Origin: Candidatus Latescibacterota bacterium
GTDB lineage: Bacteria; Latescibacterota; UBA2968; GCA-2709665
Direction: 5' to 3'
Length of the DNA stretch: 64,000 nt
NCBI GenBank assembly: GCA_965219995.1
Contig: CBDCOX010000002.1
Location: forward strand, 2,112,001-2,176,000
Shown: positions 38,586-47,302 of the stretch, piece by piece
Numbering within the stretch: position 1 is the first letter of the stretch
Layout of the letters: every line of letters begins with the position of its first letter
Translations under genes and position numbers: made by a program
The notes under the pieces: generated by a model
The model's database searches: none
What the model saw: only the letters and a program-made list of their open reading frames with translations
What the model was told of the DNA's origin: nothing

Positions 38586-39320
38586 TTAGTAGGCGAAACC
38601 GAGACTGACGCCGCCCCAGACCTGGGTCGTCTCGCCTCCGTCTTCAACGATATCTTCGATCCGGCGAATGACTCCGATGGTGGGCGACAATGAAAAGTAG
38701 CTATGGCTGACACCCAGCGAAACGGACGCACCTACGTGGTTGAATTCGAATTTTTCGGTCGTGTCGCTGTATCCGATATCGGCCGAAATCCCCAGCGAGA
38801 CGTTGCTGTCAGGGATCGGCTGGATTTCATGGCCGATACTGCCATTGAGGTACCAGTAATCGAACTGACCCACATCGCGGTAGAGCGTTAGAGACGGTGA
38901 CAGAAACTGATCCAGGCTCAGGCCGGCGAAAAACTCCGTGGTGATTCTGTCGCCCTTGTCCAGGCTCGGAAAGGTGTATTGAATCATTCCAACGGTAAGC
39001 CCGACGTTTTGGTACTGTTCTCCCAGGCTGCGGTCGTACGTTAACGTGAGGTCGAGTTCATCGCCCGCGTCCTGAATGCTCCGTTGTTTCAGAGCAGCGG
39101 ATCCCCAGACGTTGAACGCGAATCCGGATTCCCCGAGACCGACGGTGAGCGAGGGTTGCGCGGTCGGTTTGTTCGTGAAGCCGACGCCGCGGAAGATATA
39201 ATGAGAGACAAGATCCACGCCCCCCTCAACGGAAACATTCCCTATCTGCGCGAATGCGGGACTGGCAAGCAGGCTGAGGGTGAGAACGACGAGTAGCGTA
39301 CGAGTTGACATGTTCTTCAT
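38586..39320 (-). CDS. Outer-membrane beta-barrel, TorF/Gcw_chp-like putative porin
   Basis: Signal peptide (AFA-Q), LVSHYIFRGV...PTAQ, ELDL, QYTFP, aromatic C-terminus; GGAGG RBS. Confidence 0.75.
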   Translation of the reverse strand: MKNMSTRTLLVVLTLSLLASPAFAQIGNVSVEGGVDLVSHYIFRGVGFTNKPTAQPSLTVGLGESGFAFNVWGSAALKQRSIQDAGDELDLTLTYDRSLGEQYQNVGLTVGMIQYTFPSLDKGDRITTEFFAGLSLDQFLSPSLTLYRDVGQFDYWYLNGSIGHEIQPIPDSNVSLGISADIGYSDTTEKFEFNHVGASVSLGVSHSYFSLSPTIGVIRRIEDIVEDGGETTQVWGGVSLGFAY

Positions 39321-39505
39321 TCCTCCAATCTGTTTCGGTGATTACCCCAGTGGATCGAACCGAAACCGGACGTTGACGATACTTTCGAGACTGCGTGCTT
39401 TGAGGAAACGTCTTGTGAGGTTGACGGATTGGAACGTGCGATGCACCTGATACCGATCCGATGGCCTGAATCGGACTCGGCGCGGACGGTTCTTTCGAAC
39501 ACCAA

Positions 39506-39542
39506 GACACTTAATCTTAGTGTCACGCGGGTTCCATGTCAA
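39506..39542 (-). promoter_or_regulatory. Sigma70-type promoter with a palindrome over the -10
   Basis: TTGACA-17-TAAGAT; GACACT-N7-AGTGTC at 39506-39524. Confidence 0.7.
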
Positions 39543-39574
39543 GTTGAATTTTAAACTGGTGAACCCGCTGCGAC

Positions 39575-40105
39575 CTATTCGGGGCCTCCCGCGAATCGTG
39601 TGTGTTTCGAACGGATATTCAGGAGGACGTTTCCCTGGCTATCCTTGAGGACAAGCGTTGTTTCGTATCTGTCGGCACCGGTGAACCGGTTGACGATCTT
39701 CCCCTCCATACCCAGACCGAAATCCATGTATTTCCACGTCATCGTCTCCGATGTTTCGTCCCACGTACCAACCCAGAAACTCTGCCCGCCGGTCGAATCG
39801 AACGCCCACTTCTGGTACTGACCGCTCCTTAATTCAAAGCGCTGGATTTCGCGGGTCTCCGTTGTGCCGGTCCGGCCGGATATCTGATGGTATTGACCGC
39901 CCAGAATCCACTCTCCCGTCGTCGCACCCGGTATTTCACCGGACACAGGAGACCAGGCCGCGGGTTTGACAACCGTGTGATGTTTCCAGGTTCCGTCCCA
40001 CCGCGTCAGAACCTTTGCATCGGCCGAACCTTCCGCTGCTGCGGAACCAGCGGCCAAAATCACGACCAATACAATCGTGGCCGACGCAGGGTAGATCGTT
40101 CCCAT
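39575..40105 (-). CDS. Exported DUF1579-like protein
   Basis: Signal peptide, LTRWDGTW, EWILGG, WAFDSTG, GTWD. Confidence 0.6.
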   Translation of the reverse strand: MGTIYPASATIVLVVILAAGSAAAEGSADAKVLTRWDGTWKHHTVVKPAAWSPVSGEIPGATTGEWILGGQYHQISGRTGTTETREIQRFELRSGQYQKWAFDSTGGQSFWVGTWDETSETMTWKYMDFGLGMEGKIVNRFTGADRYETTLVLKDSQGNVLLNIRSKHTRFAGGPE

Positions 40106-40221
40106 TGGCCATCTCTTTCTGAAAATGACCATCAGCGCCACTCGCCGACCCGGATCGACGAAGCCGTCGAGGGTAAGGGTTCGAATCAGAACCCCCGCAT
40201 TGGCCCGTTACGATACATACC

Positions 40222-42414
40222 CTACCTCACGAACAGCATGTCGCGGTACGTCGGCAGCGGCCACAGATCGTCCGGAATCACCTTCTCCAATCGGTCCGCC
40301 ACGTCGCGCACCGCGTTCATCGAGGGGATCACATTGTCGCGCATGTGGAGCACCTTGGAAGACATCTCGTCTCCGCCGAGTTCTTCATTCTGCACGTCGA
40401 GTTCGTCCAGCGCATCGCTCAATTCATCGATCAGGCCGGAAACCCGCATGATGTTGGCATCGAGACCCCTTGTGGAGCCGCCGGCCTTCTTCGTCCCGTT
40501 CCGCGTCGACGTGAGCTGCTTCAGGTAGGTGACCGCAGCAGGAAGGATCATGCAGCGGGCCATGTGCGCCGCCGTCTCGCCTTCGATGTTAATCTTGATG
40601 AAGTATTGCTCGGTGAGCACTTCCAGCCTGGCCCCCAGTTCGCGCGGCGTCAGGACGCCGTACTTGTCGAAGAGCTCCTCGTTCCCGGGCGAGGCGAGCT
40701 CGACGAGCGCATCGACCGCCGAGCCAGCATTGTACAGCCCGCGTCGCGCGGCTTCCTCGACCCACTCGGTTGCGTAATTGTCGCCATTGAAAATGATCCG
40801 TTTGAAAGACGGAATCTCGTTGGCCAACAGCGTCCAGAGCGCATCCTCGATCGAGGTGCCGGCGTTGACGATCGGCTCCAGCAACTCAGTCCAATGGTCG
40901 ATCGCCTCCGCGACGATCGTGTTGAGGACGGTTGCCGGCAGCGATATATTCGCCGACGAGCCGACCGCGCGGAACTCGAACTTGTTCCCGGTGAAAGCAA
41001 AGGGGGACGTGCGGTTGCGGTCTCCCGAATGGCGCGTAAGGTCGGGGAGGACGTTGACGCCGAGGCCAAGGAGGCCATCGTGATCCCGCTTTTCCGCCTT
41101 TCCGGACTCCTCAAGCTGATTGAAGATGTCTTCGAGCTGGCTGCCCAGGAACACCGAAATGATCGACGGCGGGGCTTCATTGGCACCCAAACGGTGATCG
41201 TTCCCGGCGCTTGCGACGCTGGCAAGGAGCAGATCCTGGTGCTGCTCGACGGCACTCATCACCGCTGTACAGAAGAACAGGAACATCAGGTTGTCGTGCG
41301 GCGTGTCGCCCGGATCCATCAGGTTACGTTCGGAAGTGCCAAAAGACCAGTTCAGGTGCTTGCCACTGCCGTTAATCCCCGCGAAGGGCTTTTCATGCAG
41401 GAGACAGATGAATCCATAGCTGCGCGCGCTTCGCTCCAGGACCCTCATCATCAGCTGTTGGTGGTCCGACGCCACGTTCGCGTTCTCGTAGACCGGCGCC
41501 ATCTCGTACTGCCCCGGCGCCACCTCGTTATGGCGCGTCTTCATCGGCACGCCCAGCCGGTACAGGTCCATCTCGATGGACTGGATGCACGCCAGGACTC
41601 GCTCGTGGATCTGTCCGAAGTAGTGGTCGTCGAGTTCCTGCCCCCTCGGAGGCTTTGCCCCGAAGAGTGTTCGGCCCGATGTCATCAGGTCGGGTCTACG
41701 GTAGTAGAACTCGCGGTCGACGAGAAAGAACTCCTGTTCGGGACCGAGGCTGGCCGTTACCATCCCGGCGTCGATACCGAAGAGCTTGAGCGCTCGTCGC
41801 GTGACCCTGTCGAGTGCGTCCATTGACCGGAGCAGCGGGATCTTCGCATCGAGACTCTCACCCGTCCAACTGGAAAAAGCAGTGGGAATGCAAAGGTACG
41901 TTGCCGACTCGCCGCCCATGATAAAAGCGGGAGAGGTAGGATCCCAGGCCGTGTAGCCCCGCGCCTCGAAGGTAGCCCGTAAACCACCCGACGGAAACGA
42001 CGACGCGTCCGGCTCGCCCTGGACGAGTTCCTCGCCGCCGAACTCGGTGATGGCGCGTGCATCGGCGCCCACCTTCAGGAAGGAGTCGTGCTTCTCGGCC
42101 GTGTGTCCCGTGAGCGGCTGGAACCAGTGCGTGTAGTGGGTCGCGCCTAACGAGAGCGCCCAGTCTTTCATCGCCGCAGCGACCGTGTCCGCGATATCGG
42201 AATCGAGTTGCTTTCCGTGTTGAATCGTCCGGACAAGCTGCTTGAAGACGTTTTCCGGAAGCCTGGACTGCATTTCGAGCAGACCGAACGTGTCATTGCC
42301 GAAGATGTCAGGCAGGAGGTCCCGGTCGCCCGATCGGGACTCCGGCTTGCGGTTCCAGGTCTTGGCGGCACTGACCGAATCGAAACGTCTCTGGATCCTC
42401 ATTGTGAAAGCCAT
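40222..42414 (-). CDS. Glutamine synthetase type III
   Basis: GATHYTHWFQPLTG..AEKHD, GEPDASSFPSGGLRATFEARGY, HEKPFAGINGSGKH, DRNRTSPFAFTGNKFEFR. Confidence 0.97.
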   Translation of the reverse strand: MAFTMRIQRRFDSVSAAKTWNRKPESRSGDRDLLPDIFGNDTFGLLEMQSRLPENVFKQLVRTIQHGKQLDSDIADTVAAAMKDWALSLGATHYTHWFQPLTGHTAEKHDSFLKVGADARAITEFGGEELVQGEPDASSFPSGGLRATFEARGYTAWDPTSPAFIMGGESATYLCIPTAFSSWTGESLDAKIPLLRSMDALDRVTRRALKLFGIDAGMVTASLGPEQEFFLVDREFYYRRPDLMTSGRTLFGAKPPRGQELDDHYFGQIHERVLACIQSIEMDLYRLGVPMKTRHNEVAPGQYEMAPVYENANVASDHQQLMMRVLERSARSYGFICLLHEKPFAGINGSGKHLNWSFGTSERNLMDPGDTPHDNLMFLFFCTAVMSAVEQHQDLLLASVASAGNDHRLGANEAPPSIISVFLGSQLEDIFNQLEESGKAEKRDHDGLLGLGVNVLPDLTRHSGDRNRTSPFAFTGNKFEFRAVGSSANISLPATVLNTIVAEAIDHWTELLEPIVNAGTSIEDALWTLLANEIPSFKRIIFNGDNYATEWVEEAARRGLYNAGSAVDALVELASPGNEELFDKYGVLTPRELGARLEVLTEQYFIKINIEGETAAHMARCMILPAAVTYLKQLTSTRNGTKKAGGSTRGLDANIMRVSGLIDELSDALDELDVQNEELGGDEMSSKVLHMRDNVIPSMNAVRDVADRLEKVIPDDLWPLPTYRDMLFVR

Positions 42415-42618
42415 CCTTTTGAAATGGTGTCGGTGCGCATCCGGTTTCCGGCACCGTCAGCGCGGCGAGTGTGGTTTGCTATCCGAAAGTTGAAAGGTCG
42501 GAGGCCCGGTTTCCGGGTCCCGGCGCTGAAGCCGAATGCCCGTTCGACAGACCCCGGAAACCAGGTTGCAAATGTCGTTGACACGGGGACGCGGCCCGGC
42601 ATTCGCGTCCTGAAAACA

Positions 42619-44145
42619 CTATTCGAACCAATACGAAAAAAGGTCCGCCTGCCTGAGGTAAAACTTCAGCCGGATTTCCCTGCCCTTCAGCGCATCCATA
42701 TCGTCCCGCTCCAGCCAGGTCAGCCGGTGGGCCGCCGCGTCGCCGTCGAGCCTGGCGCACCGGACCATGGCGTATTCAGGCGCGTGATACCCGTCCCGTT
42801 CGATCGCGGTCGCCGACAGTTCCCCGCCCGCGGCATCCGCGTTCACGTAAAGCCGGCCGCCCGGACAGACGAACGGCGACGTCACCGCCCATCCGGCCTG
42901 CTCCCCGGCGCACAGACTCACAAATCCGTCTCGCCTCAGCCGTGCGAGCCCTGGAAGCTTCGTGTAGGATAACCCGTGGCTATGCAGGCCCATCCCGTAA
43001 TAGAACCAGAGTTCCTCTCCCACGGACACGGGCGAGTTGGAGGGCCAGACTATCCCGGAGTCCAGCCCGCCGGGGGTCGTATCCAGAAAAGGTACCCGCC
43101 CCTCCGACCGGCTCCAGCGAACGCCGTCCCGGCTGGTCACCAGTTCGAGGTAGCATCGCCCCAGCATTGCGGAGTGAGCCGGCCAATCGGGCAGCCGGTA
43201 CGGAAACCGTTTGGGTCGCTCTTCAGGATACCCTTCGTGCACGCACAGCAATCCAACGTACATCCCCTCGTAGAAAAAGACACCGATTGTCTGGAACTCG
43301 GTACCGGCCGGGTCGTCGCCGTCCGGAGCAAGCACCGTCTCGAGTTCCGACCATACGTTCAGATCTTCGCTCTCGCTCCGGGCAATCAGACGGACCGAAG
43401 TGCCTTCCGGATCGACGGGTCGGGTCGGACACGCTACCTGGGGCCGAAAATAGGCCACGTACCGCCCGATGTCCGCGTCCCACCCGGCCAGGCAGTTCAA
43501 TCCGTCGGAGTGTCCGATCCGGCTCGGCACGCGTATCCTTTCCGGGCGTGACCACGACACACCGTCCGGCGAAAGGCTGATGCTGGATGGATAATATAAC
43601 ATCTTGTACCTTCGAGCGTCATCTGTTTCGCGATCGTCGATGACAACGCACGGCAGACTTCCCGGCGGCTCGAACAAGACGTTGTTCTCGGCGCTTCCGT
43701 TGATTTCAACCCGCCCCAACGCCGGAAGCCGCCAATGAATCCCGTTGTGCGACTCCGCGTAGGCCACCACCGGCGTCCCGCCCCCGTACCCGAAGTCCCC
43801 GATCCCCGGTGGCTTCGTCTGATAATACATCTGGAACAACCCGGAGGTGTCGCGGACGACCGACGTGGGCGTCAGGTTGTCGTTCGGTTTCTCAACGCCG
43901 CCCTCCCGCGGAACCTGGTCCTCCTCGTACCGCACACCCTCCCTCGCGTCGTGGAACCGGTTCCCCACCAGCAACGGATTCCCCACGTATTTGACCGGGG
44001 AGTGATACTTCCGGCAGACGCGAAACGTCTCCGCGACCCCCTCGTCATCCAGAAACAGCTGGCGACTGGCGTCAACCTGCATCGGGAGTCCTCCAGGAAT
44101 CGAACCCACCGGAAAAGTCGGCCAGTCCGAGTAAATTTCGTCCAT
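42619..44145 (-). CDS. Hypothetical GH32/GH43-like beta-propeller protein
   Basis: RQLFLDD, YAESHNGIHW, SPDGVSW, TSRDGVRW, LRRDGFVSL. Confidence 0.65.
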   Translation of the reverse strand: MDEIYSDWPTFPVGSIPGGLPMQVDASRQLFLDDEGVAETFRVCRKYHSPVKYVGNPLLVGNRFHDAREGVRYEEDQVPREGGVEKPNDNLTPTSVVRDTSGLFQMYYQTKPPGIGDFGYGGGTPVVAYAESHNGIHWRLPALGRVEINGSAENNVLFEPPGSLPCVVIDDRETDDARRYKMLYYPSSISLSPDGVSWSRPERIRVPSRIGHSDGLNCLAGWDADIGRYVAYFRPQVACPTRPVDPEGTSVRLIARSESEDLNVWSELETVLAPDGDDPAGTEFQTIGVFFYEGMYVGLLCVHEGYPEERPKRFPYRLPDWPAHSAMLGRCYLELVTSRDGVRWSRSEGRVPFLDTTPGGLDSGIVWPSNSPVSVGEELWFYYGMGLHSHGLSYTKLPGLARLRRDGFVSLCAGEQAGWAVTSPFVCPGGRLYVNADAAGGELSATAIERDGYHAPEYAMVRCARLDGDAAAHRLTWLERDDMDALKGREIRLKFYLRQADLFSYWFE

Positions 44146-44348
44146 CTGCCCGACATACAGGTAATTTGGGGTCGAAAACGAGACTTGTCAATGGGTATAG
44201 CAATCAACACAAAGAAAAAAGGGCGGGGAGATCCCGACCTTGGAAATGCCTGCCGACTTGTTTGTTGCGGCCTACAATTACCCTTACAGACAACGCGCAA
44301 CGCGACGCGAAATGAACATCACGTGCGGCGAATTTGTTTAGCGCTTGT

Positions 44349-46904
44349 TCACCCCCCGGCGCTCAGCCCGAAGACCGCGGCGAAGAGGATAAAATCCGCG
44401 AAGCTGATCTGTTGATCGCCGTTCAGGTCCAGGTTCACGTCGAAGTTCGGATCGCCGGAACTCGCGCCGAAACCGCGGGCCAGCAGCACAAAGTCCCCGA
44501 ACCCGACAGACCCATCGCGGTCGAAGTCGGCGCGCCCCGGGTCGGTCACCGGAGCATCATCGTAAACCGGTTGCCCTCGTACTGCGATCCCCCGAGGCCC
44601 GTCTTCCAGCGTGAGCGTTTTCCGTATGAATCCCGAGGCCGCGTCGAAAAACAGGAGTTCGTTCGAATCCTGGTTGGCCGCGTAAACGGTTTTTCCGTCG
44701 GCCGACACGGCGACGTCGCGCGTTTCGCGGCCGCGCGACGCCCACTTGAGAATGACGCGATTCAGTTCGGTATTGATCACCAGCACCCTGGCGTTGGTCC
44801 GGTCCGTGGCATAGAGGCGCTTCCCGTCCGGCGAGAGGGCAAGCCGGAATACGCTTGCGGATGGCTGATCGATTTCGCTGACGACCTCGTAGGTTTCGGT
44901 ATCGACAACGGAAACGCCGGCCCCGTTCCCGCTACGTCCGAACCGGGATACGTAGAGCCGGTCTCCCGAATGAGAGAGCAGCAGGGACCGCGGCGACTCA
45001 GCGACGTCGATCCGCTGGACGACCTGACCGGCTTCGAGATCCACCACCATTACCTGGTTCCCATCGATATCCGCCGCATACAGCCACTTTTCGTCCGGCC
45101 CTACGGCGATGCCGAACGGTCCTCGTGTGTTTTCCCCTTCGCCTGCGACCGGCGTGGAAATGCGTCGACGCTCTCTAAGGCTGCCCACGTCCACCACCGA
45201 CACGGTCTGATCCGCGGCATTGCTCACGTACACGCGCGACCCGTTTCGAGATATCGCGAGGTCCAGTGGTTCGCGGCCCACCCGGGTCACCAGAACTTCG
45301 TGCGTGGAAGTGTCGATGGCCATCAGCTTGTTTTCCGCGCCGTCAGTGTCGGCGCCGTTGTTGGCAACGTATACAAACCGCTCGTCGGGTGTCAGCAGAA
45401 CGCTCAATGGGTCGCCGCCCAGCGGTATCCGTGCCACCTCCCGGTCCAGGCCCGTATCAAACACGGCCAATTGCCGGGAACGGCGCAGCGCCACGTACAC
45501 GATCGGCTCTCCGGAAAGCGCGAGCACTTCGAACCGGAGCTCCGGCAGTTCCTCAGCCGGATAGACCGTCTCATTGCCCTCGCTGTCCCGCACCCGGAAC
45601 CGATAGGTAAACACCGTACCGCGTTGGCTGCCTGGAAACTCGGCGGAATAAAACCGTCCATGTTCCGGCTGTAACACCAGCGTCCGGATGGGCCCGTCGT
45701 CGGTCCGGTAGTCCACCTCCGCCAGGAAAATCGGATCCTCATCCAGAATGCGGACGTGCAGCCGGTACGGGCCGGCCGGGCTCGGCGTATTGTTCGGAAG
45801 AACGGTCGGTTGAACGTCCGGAAAGCCCGGAAGGGCGGTTCCCAGGGTAAAGTCGACCTCCGCCACGCTCCTGCCGGGGGCTACGCGAACCGCGTCGGCG
45901 ACGTCCCGAATCGCACGGTTGTCGTAATACTCCTCCGGGAAGCCGGATTCGAACTCCGTGTAGATACCGCTGAAATTCCGCGTGGTGACCGATCCGCCCA
46001 CCGGCTCGATGCCCACGTGATACTCACCCGGCGGCAGGCCCTTGATTTCGTACTCCCCGTCCCCGCCGATCCCCCGGTTTTCTCCTGCGGTACCGGAAAG
46101 GACGCCTGCGGCGAACTCACCCGTATCGGCGCGGTACGCCACCACGTGTACGCCGAATGCACCCGCGCCGTCCCGGTGTGTCACCCGGCCCGAAATCGAG
46201 CCCGTGGAAGTTCTCGCCTCGGTGGACGGATAGAGCGCCGCAATCCCGGCACGGTCGTCCGTCGTCAGGGTGCGTTCCTCTCCGAAGTAGAAGGGATACA
46301 TCGACGGACGAACGGATCGGTCTCCCCCCAGCGGAGAATGGGCAAGTCCCAGCAGGTGGCCGATCTCGTGGACCAGCACATCCTGCATATCCACCAGACC
46401 GCTCTCCTGGTCGGGATTCCCTACCGAATAGGAGTAGTCGCGCCCATTGAAGACGATATCCACGTCCGTAATGTGTCCCTGCACGTCCCAATTCATCCGT
46501 GCGAACGCGATCACTCCGCCGCCGCTGCGGTCCGGGAAGTTCCGGGCGCTCCGGTCGAAGGTAATCACGTTCCTTCCATCTGTCGACGACACTTCCAGAT
46601 CCGCAACGCCGCGGCTCCTGAACGCGGCGACTGAAATGGGAACCTCCTCCCAGGCGACGAAACTGTCCCGCACCAGGCGTTTCACATGGTCATCGAAAAA
46701 TGGAAACTGGTCGATCTCAAGCCAGAATTCGATCGCCCGGGCTTTGCCGGCCGGCCAGCGCACCGTGACAATCTGGCGCTGGCTGTTCCGGTGCATCTGG
46801 AACACGTAGGAAGACACGGGCGCCGCCACGAAGCACCCCGCCAGCGCGGACACGACAAGCCAGAAAGACAACTGTCGCGTTCTGGTCCAATAATTGCGTC
46901 TCAC
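44349..46904 (-). CDS. Secreted matrixin (M10-like) metalloprotease + carboxypeptidase-regulatory-like domain + YVTN propeller + dockerin-like tail
   Basis: Signal peptide; HEIGHLLGLAHS and Met-turn SMYP; repeats VYVAN/VYVSN/LYVS/VYAAN; ADFDRDGSVGFGDF...DLNGDQQISFADF. Confidence 0.85.
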   Translation of the reverse strand: MRRNYWTRTRQLSFWLVVSALAGCFVAAPVSSYVFQMHRNSQRQIVTVRWPAGKARAIEFWLEIDQFPFFDDHVKRLVRDSFVAWEEVPISVAAFRSRGVADLEVSSTDGRNVITFDRSARNFPDRSGGGVIAFARMNWDVQGHITDVDIVFNGRDYSYSVGNPDQESGLVDMQDVLVHEIGHLLGLAHSPLGGDRSVRPSMYPFYFGEERTLTTDDRAGIAALYPSTEARTSTGSISGRVTHRDGAGAFGVHVVAYRADTGEFAAGVLSGTAGENRGIGGDGEYEIKGLPPGEYHVGIEPVGGSVTTRNFSGIYTEFESGFPEEYYDNRAIRDVADAVRVAPGRSVAEVDFTLGTALPGFPDVQPTVLPNNTPSPAGPYRLHVRILDEDPIFLAEVDYRTDDGPIRTLVLQPEHGRFYSAEFPGSQRGTVFTYRFRVRDSEGNETVYPAEELPELRFEVLALSGEPIVYVALRRSRQLAVFDTGLDREVARIPLGGDPLSVLLTPDERFVYVANNGADTDGAENKLMAIDTSTHEVLVTRVGREPLDLAISRNGSRVYVSNAADQTVSVVDVGSLRERRRISTPVAGEGENTRGPFGIAVGPDEKWLYAADIDGNQVMVVDLEAGQVVQRIDVAESPRSLLLSHSGDRLYVSRFGRSGNGAGVSVVDTETYEVVSEIDQPSASVFRLALSPDGKRLYATDRTNARVLVINTELNRVILKWASRGRETRDVAVSADGKTVYAANQDSNELLFFDAASGFIRKTLTLEDGPRGIAVRGQPVYDDAPVTDPGRADFDRDGSVGFGDFVLLARGFGASSGDPNFDVNLDLNGDQQISFADFILFAAVFGLSAGG

Positions 46905-46907
46905 GAC

Positions 46908-47300
46908 TCAGTCCTGTTGAATCAGTACGGGATCGGGCGATTCCTGATCCACGTACCACACCTCATGCCGGCCGTCCCCGTTCAGGTCCGCCCGCGCTTC
47001 CGCAACGAAAGTGGAACCCTCCACCGTTACCCGGTAACGGAAACTGCCCGGCACGTCGTTCAGTTTAAGGATCTCTCCGTTTTTTTCACTGTCAATGGGC
47101 AGATAAGTTCCGAATTCCTTCAAGTGAGCGCTTTCCAGTCGATAGATCAATTCGAGGTGCATCCGGGCGCGCGTGCGTTCGCTGTCCTCGGGAGACTGAG
47201 CCGTGAGCCGGAAGATCATCAGGCCGCAGAACAGGATCAGCAGCACGACCGGCACGAGATGCATCCCTATGGAGAGACCACGTTCCGTTGTCTCCGGCAC
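46908..47300 (-). CDS. Pilin/pseudopilin-like membrane protein
   Basis: GTG follows GGGAG; ERG-LSIGM + hydrophobic helix, then LIYRLESAHLKEFGTY...FVAEARADLNGDG..EVW. Confidence 0.5.
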   Translation of the reverse strand: MPETTERGLSIGMHLVPVVLLILFCGLMIFRLTAQSPEDSERTRARMHLELIYRLESAHLKEFGTYLPIDSEKNGEILKLNDVPGSFRYRVTVEGSTFVAEARADLNGDGRHEVWYVDQESPDPVLIQQD

Positions 47301-47302
47301 GT

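Noticed and set aside
40345-41826. 493-aa plus-strand ORF (likewise 18295-19782, 44334-45674, 53299-54615)
   Set aside because: Each is antisense to a well-supported gene
42565-42586. Sigma54 promoter for glutamine synthetase
   Set aside because: TTGCA is present but there is no GG at the -24 position
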